DNA of 64,000 bases from an uncultured Planctomycetota bacterium (GTDB lineage Bacteria; Planctomycetota; Planctomycetia; Isosphaerales; Isosphaeraceae), in NCBI GenBank assembly GCA_963845755.1, contig CAWJTV010000004.1:1-64000 (forward strand). The letters run 5' to 3'. The first letter of the stretch is position 1; each line of letters opens with the position of its first letter. The notes under the pieces were generated by a model that did no database searches, was not told the origin of the DNA, and worked only from the letters and a program-made list of their open reading frames with translations. Shown piece by piece: positions 1-10,214 of the stretch. The position numbers and the translations under genes were made by a program.

Positions 1-542
1 CGCCGGTGACCGTCACCTCGTTGCAAATGGAAACGATCAAGGTCGGCAAGGGGAAGAAGGCGAAGAAAGAGACGGTGCTGGTCCTGTCGTTCAGTGGTGC
101 CCTCAACTCCAGCGCGGCCGACAATGTCGGCGCCTACGCGCTCGCGCCGGTCATCAAGGTCAAGGCCAAGGGGAAGGGCAAGCACAAACAGCCGCCGGGG
201 ATCAAACTGGGCACGCCCGTGCCGCCGGTCTCGGCGGTCTACAACGCTTCGACCAATACCGTCACTCTCACACCGCGGGGCAAGCTCAATCCGGCGAAGC
301 CGGAAGAGTTGATCGTCGACGCGGCGCTGCTGACCGATACGTTCGGCCGCCCGATCGACGGCAACGACGACGGCCAGCCCGGCGGCGACTACATCGCGAC
401 TATCAGCAAGAGTGGAGTGACGGTCGGTGGGGTGCCCCTGGCGCGAACCCAGGCGCGGCTGGCAACGATCGACGCCTTGCTCGCCCGGGGTGAACTGGCC
501 TTCGATCGACTGCACCAGATGCTTGACAATCGAGAGGTTTAG
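1..542 (+). CDS. C-terminal part of a large secreted/surface protein (5' end outside window)
   Basis: Open frame from the window edge; Lys-rich beta-type domain and DGNDDGQPGGD Ca-binding-like motif typical of planctomycete surface proteins. Confidence 0.6.
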   Translation, partial: PVTVTSLQMETIKVGKGKKAKKETVLVLSFSGALNSSAADNVGAYALAPVIKVKAKGKGKHKQPPGIKLGTPVPPVSAVYNASTNTVTLTPRGKLNPAKPEELIVDAALLTDTFGRPIDGNDDGQPGGDYIATISKSGVTVGGVPLARTQARLATIDALLARGELAFDRLHQMLDNREV

Positions 543-596
543 GCCCGTCCTGCCCAGCGCTCGACTCCGGGCCTTCGACCCCGTAGAAGCGTTCGA
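492..596 (-). pseudogene. Decayed duplicate fragment of the HATPase_c region of the kinase at 4603-5958
   Basis: Minus strand reads ERFYGV../ARSRALGRTGLNLSIVKHLVQSIEGQF versus ERFYRVDKARSRELGGTGLGLSIVKHLVQSIGGQL in the kinase; near-identical DNA core gatcgactgcaccagRtgcttgacRatcgagag. Confidence 0.7.
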
Positions 597-896
597 GTGA
601 CCAGACCGGGATGTTACGGTTTCTGCCGGAGATTACAATCAAGGAAACGTCTGGGTTGAGGCCGCGGCGCCCTCGTCACGCCAGGATTGTCCCCGATGGG
701 GCGAGGGTCATGAGAGGTCGGCAGGGCCTGGCACTGGGGCAAACGCTCTGGATCTGTCAACTTCGTCCCTTTGCGAGAGGTCGTCCGAAGGCCGGGTGAA
801 GGGCGCAGAATCGCCAGAATTCATGGGCGCTCCCCGTTCGGCAGCGGGTGGTCCTCGGCGAGGAGCCTCAGAATGACCCGTGTGAGGAGGAGTCTC

Positions 897-1231
897 ATGA
901 ATTCGGTCTCCGTGACCGTGGAAGGCGTCGTGAAGCCTGACGGCACACTCGAAGTACCCGGAAAGCTCGATTTACCCGCGGGGCGGGTCCAGGTCACGGT
1001 TCAGCCCGCGAGCGAACCCGTCCAGCCCGAGCGGTTCTGGACGATGATGGAATCCCTCTGGACGGATCTGCCGCCAGCGGCCGAACCCCCCGCACGCGCG
1101 AGGAAATCGATGCGGAGATCGACGCCTTGCGCAACGAAGCGGAAGAGGAGATGCAGGCTGTGGAACGCCTCCAGGAAGACTGTCGCCGGGCCAGGGAGCA
1201 AGCCGAGGGGGCAAAGGAGCAGCCTCACTGA
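897..1231 (+). CDS. Putative antitoxin (one frameshift near 1070)
   Basis: GAGGAGG SD before ATG 897; VEGVVKPDGTLEVPGKLDLPAGRVQV N-terminus; shifted frame gives RTREEIDAEIDALR...PH*; TGA overlaps the ATG of the PIN gene. Confidence 0.6.
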
Positions 1232-1628
1232 TGGTCTTTCTGGACGCAACCCAGTCATCTACCCGATCGAGCAGCCCGCCAACCTCGGCCCGAAGGCCAA
1301 GGTGCGAGTCTCCCAGTTGCTGGTGAATGGTGAGCGCCCGGCGGTCAGCGATCTGGTCCGGATGAAATGCCAGGTCGGCCCCCTGAACTCGAACGACGCC
1401 GTGCTGCCGGCGAAGTACGCCACCTTCTACGCATCGCCCGACCTGGACGTGCTGCATATGTCGCCGGCTGTATGCGACCGAGCGGCACGGATTCGGGCAC
1501 AATATGGGTTCAAACCTCTGGACTCCCTGCACCTGGCTGCCGCCGTCGAGCATGGGTGTACGCGCTTTCTCACCAAGGACGCGCAATTGAAGAGTTTCCC
1601 TGACATTCTCGTAGAGATCCTCTCGTGA
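1231..1628 (+). CDS. PIN-domain (VapC-like) toxin, frameshifted after MVFLDA
   Basis: MVFLDA/NPVIY...RAARIRAQYGFKPLDSLHLAAAVEHGCTRFLTKD PIN motifs. Confidence 0.75.
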
Positions 1629-1872
1629 ACTCGGGCCCCAGCGTCATCGACGCCCTGAGATTCGAGGGAGGGTTTGCGAGCGGATTCTCGTGGCTGTCTC
1701 TGAATTGGGGAACTGATGATTCTTGTAAACAGTCCTTCCCTCTCGACCACGAACGTGCAATCATGTTGTGTTCTCTGGCTGAACGACCGGCCTGTCGGCG
1801 CCGAAGGGATGGCTGCGGGCCTCATTCTCCGCGGGTGACGCTCTCTTCAATAACGATGACGGGGTCCCTCCC

Positions 1873-2631
1873 ATGATGAGACGAATCGCGATCGGCTGCC
1901 TTGCGATGTTTCTGTCCAGCCTAGTCGCTCCGGCGCAGGCCGGGCTCGTCGTTTATGTACAGGATACATCAATACAATCAGGCCAGTACGGCCTGATGAA
2001 CATCTATCTCGGAAGCACAAACCCCGCGACCGACGCTTTCGACACCTATACGGTCAACCTGCAGATCACGCCCGTAATCAACACGGGTGGTTCGCTCTAT
2101 TTCGCGGCCAATGGATCCGCCCCATCCCCGGGCAATGAGGCCCTTGGTTTGCAGCCTTATAACTATCTGTCTGCCGGCAATTACATCTTCAGCGGCGACA
2201 GCACCGATGGCATCGCCGGGGTCAATGGAGGGAGTCCGCCGACCGGTGCCCCTTCCCCGGGTCCGACGTTTATCATCAACGACGGATCACTCTCAGGCAG
2301 TGAGTACGTACCTCCAGGCAATACCCCGGGGACGTGGGTTCTCCTGGCGAGCCTGTTGCTTGACGGCCTCTCCACCAATACCGGTGAGACGTATGCCGTG
2401 AGCGTCGTGACTTCCTTCCCCTCGGGGCCGACGACCGCTTTCACCAATAACGGTACTCCTGTTAACGACTCTCAGGACACCAGTCTGGCCGGTTTCAGCG
2501 GGACGATCACCATCGGCACCGCGTCGGTTCCCGAACCGGCCTCGATCATCTCCGGCATGGCCGCGTGCCTGATCCTGGCGGGCGTACACGGAGCGCGCCG
2601 CGTACGCCGTTGGGTGACCAGGCCGACCTGA
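1873..2631 (+). CDS. PEP-CTERM sorting-domain protein
   Basis: Signal peptide (APAQAG), C-terminal VPEPAS + hydrophobic segment + RRVRR. Confidence 0.85.
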   Translation: MMRRIAIGCLAMFLSSLVAPAQAGLVVYVQDTSIQSGQYGLMNIYLGSTNPATDAFDTYTVNLQITPVINTGGSLYFAANGSAPSPGNEALGLQPYNYLSAGNYIFSGDSTDGIAGVNGGSPPTGAPSPGPTFIINDGSLSGSEYVPPGNTPGTWVLLASLLLDGLSTNTGETYAVSVVTSFPSGPTTAFTNNGTPVNDSQDTSLAGFSGTITIGTASVPEPASIISGMAACLILAGVHGARRVRRWVTRPT

Positions 2632-2669
2632 AGCAGCCGGCCGAGAGGGCGCTTCCTCGACGAATTCGA

Positions 2670-4562
2670 GAGCGGCTCGGGGGCGACGGCGTCCGAAGGC
2701 GACTGGGCGGGCAACGATTCCCAGTCCGCATTCGCATTCAATCTGAACGAGGTCCTCGGCGACGGCCTGACCTACGACGGTCTGCAAATCGGCGCGTCGC
2801 AACAGCATTGGTTCCGCCTCACCACAGACGGCCCTGGGACGTCCAGCTCCTCCGTCACCCTCAACAGCGAGGCAACCGCCGGCGCGCTGACGTTCACGCT
2901 CTACAGCCCGGATTCCAGTCAGCCCAACGGATTGGAGCAAGTCGCTCAGTCAACGTTGAGTAACGGTTCCGCCCGGTTGAGCTTGAACGGCCTGGCCGCC
3001 GGATCATACTTCCTCGACGTCCAATCCGGCGCACTGGCGGCCGGGACCGCTTACGCACTCGAGTTCGATTCGCCGACTGCTAGCGGCGCGGTTGACAACT
3101 CGGCCCACCCCAACGATCGTGAATATCAAATCCCAGGATCTCGGGCTGATCGACGCCACCACAGAGTTCGCCGGGAACGTCATTCAGCCGGGGAGTCCCA
3201 CCCGGTTCCAGTTTGAGACACCTCGCGAATCGACCGTTCCACGGGAGGTCGTCGTTTGGAGCCCCTTCTCCGGCACGATCACCGCGACGCTCTACCTGTA
3301 CAATCCAACAACGGATACCGATCAAGTGGTCGGGACCTTCAGCGGCCAGGGGACGTTGTCGATCCCGTATGCCTCAACCGCGGCGGACACTTACCGGTTG
3401 GAATTAGCTCTCGGCGGAGCAACTTCCGCGATCGTGGCGGGATTACGCATGCAGACGGTGCCTCCGCCGGTCGCTAACGGCCAATCGGTAGTCACAGGGG
3501 AGAACGACCCGAAGGCCGTCACACTCTCGGCCAGCGATAGCGTCGGCGATCCCTTGACCTACCAGGTCGTCGGTGCTCCATCGCATGGCACCTTGAGCGG
3601 GACGGCACCCAACCTGACTTACACCCCGGCCAACGGTTACTCCGGCACTGACAGTTTCACGTTCGAAGCGATGGACGGATCGCTTATGAGCAACTTGGCG
3701 ACGGTGAACATCGTCGTCGTTGCCCCACCCACCAGCACCGTCGCCCCGTTGCCCGCGGTGATCCAGAGCACGAGCTTCACCCTTTCCTGGGCCGGGACGG
3801 ACTCTCCTCAAGGTGGAGGCATCGCGTCCTACGATATCGACGTTTCCACCGACCGCGGCCCATTCACTGTGCTGCTGACCAACACGACGACAACCTCGAC
3901 GACCTACACGGGCGCCTTCGGCCATTCCTACGGCTTCTACAGTGTGGCGACCGACAACGCGGGGTTCACCCAGCCCACGCCGAAAGCCGAGCAGGCCTCA
4001 ACGTCACTCCAAGCCCCGACGCCAACGCCTTCGCCCACTCCCAGCCCGACACCTTCGCCTACTCCGAGTCCGACACCCTCGCCTACGCCGAGTCCGACAC
4101 CCACGCCTACTCCGAGTCCGACGCCCTCGCCTACTCCGACCCCGACCCCCACGCCCACGCCGACCCCAATACCACCAGTGATCATCGCCGAGCAGGCGTT
4201 GTTCCGCGCAAGACCAACAAGAAAGAAAAGCCGGTCGGAAAGCCGGTCCTCAAGGGTTACACCTTCGCATTCAGCAGCCCGCTCAATCCGTCGACCGCGT
4301 CGAATCCGGCCAATGACCAGGTCGATGCGCTGATCACCAAGAAGGTCAAGAAGAAGGTCGAGCACATCCTTCAACCGATCACGAACTTCACCGTCTCCTA
4401 TGGCGAGGACGCGCTCACGATCGCGTTCGCTAGCACCGAGACGTTCAAGACAGGCGGCCAGATCACGGTCCTCAGCAGCGTGACCGGCGCCTCGGGCGCG
4501 CCGTCAGAGGAACCACGGTGTTCAACATCTCCAAGGGTGGAGGCAGCGTCACGCCTTCGTGA
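2670..4562 (+). pseudogene. 5'-truncated, frameshifted surface protein with Ig/cadherin-like and FN3-like domains, PT linker and Lys-rich C-terminal domain
   Basis: Continuous coding-like frames from ~2670 with no start codon; [18 protein letters not shown]...GTDSFTF (Ig-like), [13 protein letters not shown] (FN3-like); stop TGA 4560-4562. Confidence 0.6.
4016..4167 (+). repeat. Pro-Thr/Pro-Ser low-complexity coding tandem repeat
   Basis: Repeated ccgac/tccgagtccgac units encoding (PTPS)n(PT)n. Confidence 0.9.
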
Positions 4563-4602
4563 TCGCGATCGCGGACACTGTCTCGGGCTGATCAGGCATC
4601 GC

Positions 4603-5958
4603 TCAGCTCGTGCCGCGTCCTTCGACCTTGCGGAGACGTTCATCCGCCGGAGTCGCGCCGGAGGGTTTGCCGCGGGGAAACAACACCGTAAACTTGGAAC
4701 CGGAGCCCAGGCGGCTCGTCAATTCGAGCTGGCCGCCGATCGACTGCACCAGGTGCTTGACGATCGAGAGACCCAGACCGGTCCCGCCCAGCTCGCGGCT
4801 CCGCGCCTTATCGACGCGGTAGAAGCGCTCGAAGATCCGGGGCAGGTCGTCGCGGGGAATCCCGATGCCGGTGTCGGCAACCTCCACGGCGATCGCGTCC
4901 TTCTGGGTCCGGCAACTGACGCGCACCGAGCCGTCCTCGGGCGTGTACTTGATGGCGTTATCGATCAGGTTGTCGGCGATCTGCCGCACGGCCTCTTCAT
5001 CGGCCTGGACGAGGGTCTCGTCGTCGAGACCGCCCGCGTCGAAGGTGAGGATCAGCTTCTTGGTCGTCGCCCGGCCGCGATGGGCTTCGACGCACGACTC
5101 GAGCACCGGGATGAGGATCAGCGGTTGATGGTCGAAGAACTCCTGGCCGCTCTCCAGCCTGGCCAGGCTGAGCAGGTCGAGGATCAACTGGTTGAGCCGC
5201 TCGGCCTGCTCGTCGATGCGCTCGAGGAACCGGACGTTGACCGTCTCGTCGTGGAGCGCCCAATCGAGGAGGGTCTCGGTATGCGCCTTGATCGAGGCCA
5301 GCGGTGTCTTCAGCTCGTGGGAGGCGTTGGCGACGAAATCCTGGCGCATCCGCTCCAGCCGGCGCAGCTCGGTCACATCGTGGAAGACCAGCACGGCACC
5401 CGGCGACGGATTGCCGGGCAGGGGAGTGCCGCGCACCGAGAGGGACCGGGCCGGAGACCGCGCCGGGCCGTCGCGGCTGGGAAGGGATAATTCCCCTTCA
5501 TAGGGGGTCGGCTCGATCAACCGGAGAGTGGCCTCGACGGCCTCCTGGACCTGCGGGCTTCGGATCAACTCCTCCACCAGCCGGCCCACGGAGCTGGCAT
5601 CCAGCGCGAAGAGGCGGTTCGCGCCCGCGTTGGCGAAGAGGAGATGATGTCGCGTGTCAACGGCGATCACCGCCTCGGCCATTGCTTCGAGAACCACGAT
5701 CAACTGCTGACGGTCCTGTTCCAGTCGCGCGGCACGCGATTGGACATCCGTGGCGGCCGAGTTGAACGCGCGGACCAGGCGGCCGACCGGCCCCGCCGCG
5801 GTCGACCGCACGACGCGAGCCTTCCGGCCGCGCCGCAGGGCCTCGAGCCCGATCGCGACCGCCGCGAGCGCGCGCGACCACCGCCAGGCCACGATTGAGC
5901 CTGCCACCAACACGGCCGATGCCAGGCCGATGATGACCGCCTCCATTCCCCTCCCCAT
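4603..5958 (-). CDS. PhoR-like PAS sensor histidine kinase
   Basis: TM, HAMP-like, PAS, DFVANASHELKTPL H-box, NLIDNAIKY, DTGIGIP, FYRVDKARSRELGGTGLGL. Confidence 0.9.
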   Translation of the reverse strand: MGRGMEAVIIGLASAVLVAGSIVAWRWSRALAAVAIGLEALRRGRKARVVRSTAAGPVGRLVRAFNSAATDVQSRAARLEQDRQQLIVVLEAMAEAVIAVDTRHHLLFANAGANRLFALDASSVGRLVEELIRSPQVQEAVEATLRLIEPTPYEGELSLPSRDGPARSPARSLSVRGTPLPGNPSPGAVLVFHDVTELRRLERMRQDFVANASHELKTPLASIKAHTETLLDWALHDETVNVRFLERIDEQAERLNQLILDLLSLARLESGQEFFDHQPLILIPVLESCVEAHRGRATTKKLILTFDAGGLDDETLVQADEEAVRQIADNLIDNAIKYTPEDGSVRVSCRTQKDAIAVEVADTGIGIPRDDLPRIFERFYRVDKARSRELGGTGLGLSIVKHLVQSIGGQLELTSRLGSGSKFTVLFPRGKPSGATPADERLRKVEGRGTS

Positions 5959-6215
5959 GCCGGCCGATCCGGAACCTTACCCGCGGTTGCTGGGGTCGGA
6001 CCCGGCTCGATCTCAGTATCGGTGCGGTGCGAGGGACGGTCAACAGGCGTCGCGAATCGCATCGAGGGATGCAGCGCTCGCGGAATCCTCTGGAGTCAGG
6101 CCGGCGCTGCCTCCAGACAGGCCGAGGCGACAACGACGTTCACCGCAGTGGTGAGACCTTGCCACAACTCCTGCCTGGGTCGCGACGATTCCGGTCGTGA
6201 TTCCCAGTCCGTTTC

Positions 6216-7748
6216 TCAGGGCGGGTTCTTCGGCGAACCCGCAGGTTGAGTGACGGGGGGATCATCCAGGAGATCCGGGTGGCAGCTTTCGCATGCTCGA
6301 TATCCTTCTTCGGCGGCCTCCTTGGAATCCTTCAAGACAACACGGTTCTCGTCGTTCATGGTCCCCAGATTGTGACAGGTCGAAAGGTGGTAGACGTGTC
6401 TCATGCGATTTCCAATAAGCTGGATCTCACCAGTCGAGCTCGACCTGGACCGGTGTCGCGGGCCGGTCCCAACCTTCTTCGTGGACGCCGGAGTCCCTCC
6501 GACAGCCGTGCCTTGTGAGCCTTCCAGGGGTAGGATTCCCTGGCGGACGTCCGGTTGACCCGGCTTCCCTGGGCTTTCTGTCATCCCTCCGACTCGGACG
6601 GCCACGATCGCGAGGACCACGGCAGCCAGGACCATCAGCGCGGCCGGGATCAGCAGAAGGAGGGGTCTCCAGGACTGGTTCCTGCGCTGGAGCCATTGAT
6701 CCAGGTCGTCGGCCAGCGCGCGGGCGGTCGCGAAACGGTCGGAAGGTCGGGGCGACATGGCCTTGTTGCAGATGGCTTCCAGGTCGCCGGGAATCGAGGG
6801 ATCGCGCAATCTCCTGGTGACCGTGAGGGAAGGAGGCACCCGTACCGGCTTGCGGACCGGGGGCGAATCCGCGGATTGCGTCTGGTCATCCTGGGGCCGC
6901 TTGCCCCGGAGCAGCTCGTAGAGGATAACGCCGAGGCTATAGACGTCGCTCCGCTCGTCGGCCTTGCGACTCAAGCCGATGGCTTGCTCGGGGCTCATGT
7001 AGGCCGGCGTCCCCACCACGGCGCCGTCGCGGGTCAGGTCAGAATCCAGGTCGGATCGCCGAGCCAGTCCGAAATCGATGAGTCGCGGCCGACCCCGGTC
7101 ATCGATGATGACGTTGGCCGGCTTGATGTCCCGGTGCACGACGCCCATGCGATGTGCATGGTCGAGCGCATCGGCCAGGTCGCGGACGATCCGCGCGGCC
7201 GTCACGGCATCCATCCGCTGGCGGTCGCGATACCACCAGAGGGGCCGCCCGCTCACCAACTGGTAGGCCACCCAGATCTGGCCCTCGTCCAGCCCCGCGT
7301 CGTGGACTGCCACGATGTTCGGGTGGTCGAGCCGTGCGACCGCCCGGGCCTCCCGGAAGAAGCGCTCCATCACGCGATCCGAAGCGTTGGGGTGCTTGAG
7401 GATCTTGATGGCCACGTCCCGATCGAGCCGCGGATCATAAGCCAGGAAGACCTGGCCGAACCCGCCGTCCCCCAACCGCTCCCGAAGTTGGAACCGGCTC
7501 AAGGAGCCCAATGTGCCCCTCTCCCATGTCGTGAACCAGTTGATGGGTTCCGCGGCCTCCGTGAGCTGCGACTCGGGTGGACCGGGGGTGTCCTCGGTCT
7601 CGGACTCGCTCGGCCCGATGCGGCTCGTCCGGCTCTCGACCAGCCGGCCGCAATAAGGACAGCGCGATTCCGCGGAATCCGGCCCCTCCATCGCGAGTTC
7701 CACGCTCCGGAGGCATCCGTCGCAGACGACCCGGACCGTTGCTCCCAT
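6216..7748 (-). CDS. Ser/Thr protein kinase with N-terminal Zn ribbon, TM helix and C-terminal Ada-like metal-binding domain
   Basis: GDGGFG, VAIK, HRDIKPAN, DFG, GTPAYMSPE; CDGC/CPYC; YHLSTC...GYRACESCHP. Confidence 0.9.
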   Translation of the reverse strand: MGATVRVVCDGCLRSVELAMEGPDSAESRCPYCGRLVESRTSRIGPSESETEDTPGPPESQLTEAAEPINWFTTWERGTLGSLSRFQLRERLGDGGFGQVFLAYDPRLDRDVAIKILKHPNASDRVMERFFREARAVARLDHPNIVAVHDAGLDEGQIWVAYQLVSGRPLWWYRDRQRMDAVTAARIVRDLADALDHAHRMGVVHRDIKPANVIIDDRGRPRLIDFGLARRSDLDSDLTRDGAVVGTPAYMSPEQAIGLSRKADERSDVYSLGVILYELLRGKRPQDDQTQSADSPPVRKPVRVPPSLTVTRRLRDPSIPGDLEAICNKAMSPRPSDRFATARALADDLDQWLQRRNQSWRPLLLLIPAALMVLAAVVLAIVAVRVGGMTESPGKPGQPDVRQGILPLEGSQGTAVGGTPASTKKVGTGPRHRSRSSSTGEIQLIGNRMRHVYHLSTCHNLGTMNDENRVVLKDSKEAAEEGYRACESCHPDLLDDPPVTQPAGSPKNPP

Positions 7749-8020
7749 CGTGGCTATTCCCCTCTACTCGATTCGGACACTGGATGCGGAACATCCTGCA
7801 TCCATTCGCTTGGTCGCGCGCAACCGCCCTCAAAGTTCACCGTAGAACAGCGCGGGCGCAATGCAACTCAGTTCCGTCGAGAAGGCAGGAATTCGTCGGA
7901 CCACGCCGGCCTGGGGATCGATCTCGCATGCGTTGCAGACCGCGGGAATCCCCACTAGAGTTGATTCCTCGAGGATCGACGCCGACCGCCGTTGACGAAC
8001 CCGACTGGAGGCTAATCGCG

Positions 8021-9445
8021 ATGAATCGTTCTCTGCTCATCACATGGCTGGTGGCTGCCGGCTGTCTGACTGGTCCGGCCGGCGGCTTGTTCCTGGGCGC
8101 CACCGAGTTGCGCGCGGCCGACGAGCGACTCCAGGGCGCCTACCGCTTCGAGCGCAATGGGTGGGTCTACGTTCACCTCGAAGGTTCGCCGGAGCGGCTG
8201 GGTTTCCAGCACGGTTATCTGCTGGCCGCCGAGATCGGCGACTTGCTCCGCGTCATCAAGCCTTACCTCAAGACGTCGTCCCACCGCGATTGGGGCTTCT
8301 ACCGCGAGGCGGCGGAGCAGATGCTCTGGCCCCGGATCGACGAGGAGTACCGCCGGGAGATCGACGGGATCGTCGCCGGCATGAAGGCCAAGGGGGTCGA
8401 GGCAGATCGCTGGGACCTCGTCGCCCTCAACGCCAACCAGGAGCTGCCGTACTATTACGTCCCGTGGCTCGACCGCAAGGAAGGGAAGACGCCGACGACC
8501 CATGCGCCGGGGAATTGCAGCGCCTTCATCGCTACCGGCAGCTATACCAAGGACGGCCGGATCGTCATCGGCCACAACGCCTGGACGAACTACGTCGTCG
8601 GCAGCCGATGGAACATCCTCTTCGACCTCAAGCCCGAGGCCGGCGCGCGGTTGCTCATGGACGGGCTGCCCGGTGTGATCGTCAGCGACGACGATTTCGG
8701 CGTGACCTCGGCCGGCCTGCTCGTCACCGAGACGACGATCACCCAGTTCGAGGGGTGGGACCCCAAGGGCAAGCCGGAATTCGTCCGCGCCCGCAAGGCC
8801 ATGCAATACAGCCGGTCGATCGACGACTACGTCCGGATCATGCTCGACGGCAACAACGGCGGGTATGCCAACGACTGGCTGGTGGGCGACAACAAGACCG
8901 GCGAGATCGCGCTGTTCGAGTTGGGGCTCAAGAATCATTCGGTTCGCCGCACCAAGGACGGCTGCTTCTTCGGCGCGAACTTCCCGGATTCTCCCAAGCT
9001 CCGGAAGGAAGAGACGAAGTTCGACGCCGAGAACACGTCGTCATCACCCAATGCCCGGAAAACCCGCTGGGAGCGGCTGATGGACAATCACAAGGGGAAG
9101 ATCGACCTCGAGGCCGGCAAGCGATTCGAGACCGACGACTTCGACGTGATCGGCGTGCGAAAACTGGCCAGCGAGCGGACCCTCTGCGGCCAGGTCGAGA
9201 CCTCGCCCCGTGGCGTCCCCGAGTGGGATTGGGGGCCTTTCTATCCCGGCGGCACAGTCCAGTCGAAGGTGACCGATGGCAACCTCGCCGACCAGATGGC
9301 CTTCTGGGGCCAGGTGGGACATCATGGCTCCGACTTCATCGCCGACGCGTTCCTCAAGAAACATCTGGAGTACGAATGGATGCGCGGGCTGCTCAAGGAC
9401 ATGAAGTACGGGCCGTGGAGCCGATTCGAAGCGGGGATGAAGTAA
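8021..9445 (+). CDS. Secreted Ntn hydrolase (C45 peptidase / phospholipase B-like)
   Basis: Signal peptide; GFQHGYLL; GNCSAF nucleophile Cys; GHNAW; NNGGYANDW. Confidence 0.75.
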   Translation: MNRSLLITWLVAAGCLTGPAGGLFLGATELRAADERLQGAYRFERNGWVYVHLEGSPERLGFQHGYLLAAEIGDLLRVIKPYLKTSSHRDWGFYREAAEQMLWPRIDEEYRREIDGIVAGMKAKGVEADRWDLVALNANQELPYYYVPWLDRKEGKTPTTHAPGNCSAFIATGSYTKDGRIVIGHNAWTNYVVGSRWNILFDLKPEAGARLLMDGLPGVIVSDDDFGVTSAGLLVTETTITQFEGWDPKGKPEFVRARKAMQYSRSIDDYVRIMLDGNNGGYANDWLVGDNKTGEIALFELGLKNHSVRRTKDGCFFGANFPDSPKLRKEETKFDAENTSSSPNARKTRWERLMDNHKGKIDLEAGKRFETDDFDVIGVRKLASERTLCGQVETSPRGVPEWDWGPFYPGGTVQSKVTDGNLADQMAFWGQVGHHGSDFIADAFLKKHLEYEWMRGLLKDMKYGPWSRFEAGMK

Positions 9446-9487
9446 TCGATCGCGAACACCGTCTACAATCGACGTCGCGATGTTCTG

Positions 9488-9517
9488 TTGACAGAATTGT
9501 CTACAAAAAAGTAGACT
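9488..9517 (+). promoter_or_regulatory. Sigma70-type promoter with overlapping palindromic operator of the TA operon
   Basis: TTGACA-N18-TAGACT; GTCTAC-AAAAAA-GTAGAC at 9499-9516. Confidence 0.65.
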
Positions 9518-9592
9518 CTGAAGAAGAGTGAGCCCGTCGTTGACGAAGTGACAGAGGTGAAGCCTTTAGAAACGAGGGAGGACGGAGCCAGC

Positions 9593-9862
9593 ATGGAAAG
9601 CCACACAATTCGCGTCAATAAGAAGACAATTGACGAGATCAGGATGCTTGCCGATCGGGCCGAGACGACCATGACGGCGATCGTCGAGGCGGCGATTCGG
9701 GAGTATCGCGCCGCCCGATTCTGGCAGGAACTCAATGCTGGGTATGCCGCACTCAGGGCGGATCCGGAAGCCTGGGCAGACTATCAGAAAGAGATCAGCG
9801 CCTGGGACTGCACGCTCTCCGACGGCTTGGAGGAGTTTCCGTATGAGGAAGGGAAAGAGTAA
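9593..9862 (+). CDS. Ribbon-helix-helix antitoxin of a MazF/PemK pair
   Basis: TIRVNKKT RHH strand; ELNAGYAALRADPEAW...WDCTLSDGL; stop overlaps toxin ATG. Confidence 0.7.
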   Translation: MESHTIRVNKKTIDEIRMLADRAETTMTAIVEAAIREYRAARFWQELNAGYAALRADPEAWADYQKEISAWDCTLSDGLEEFPYEEGKE

Positions 9863-10201
9863 TGTCACACCCATCCGGGGCGAGGTCTGGGCGCGGATCT
9901 GGACCCGATCGTCGGTCACGAACAAGGAGGCGTTCGACCCACGTTGATCGTGTCGGCGGATTTGTTCAACCGGAGTCAGGCTGGCCTGATCATGATCACT
10001 CCGATCACAACGACTGATCGCAAATTGATCGTCCACATTCCCGTTGACCCACCCGAAGGCGGGTTGACCAGGCCAAGTTTCATCATGACCGACCAGGTTC
10101 GAGCCATCTCGAAATTGAGACTCGGACGCCGAATGGGGACGATTTCCCCGGCAACAATGACCGAGGTCGAGGATCGCTTGCATTACCTTCTTGGGCTCTG
10201 A
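9862..10201 (+). CDS. PemK/MazF family endoribonuclease toxin (frameshifts in the first codons)
   Basis: RGEVW..DLDPIVGHEQGGVRPTLIVS..FN...PITT...DQVRAISKLRL. Confidence 0.8.
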
Positions 10202-10214
10202 CGTCGCTGCGTTC

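Noticed and set aside
771..1628. Apparent antitoxin-PIN fusion ORF of 285 aa
   Set aside because: Produced by compensating frameshifts; a separate stop/start overlap (TGATG at 1229-1233) shows two genes
4016..4167. Regular repeats resembling an array
   Set aside because: Coding Pro-Thr linker with no unique spacers; not CRISPR
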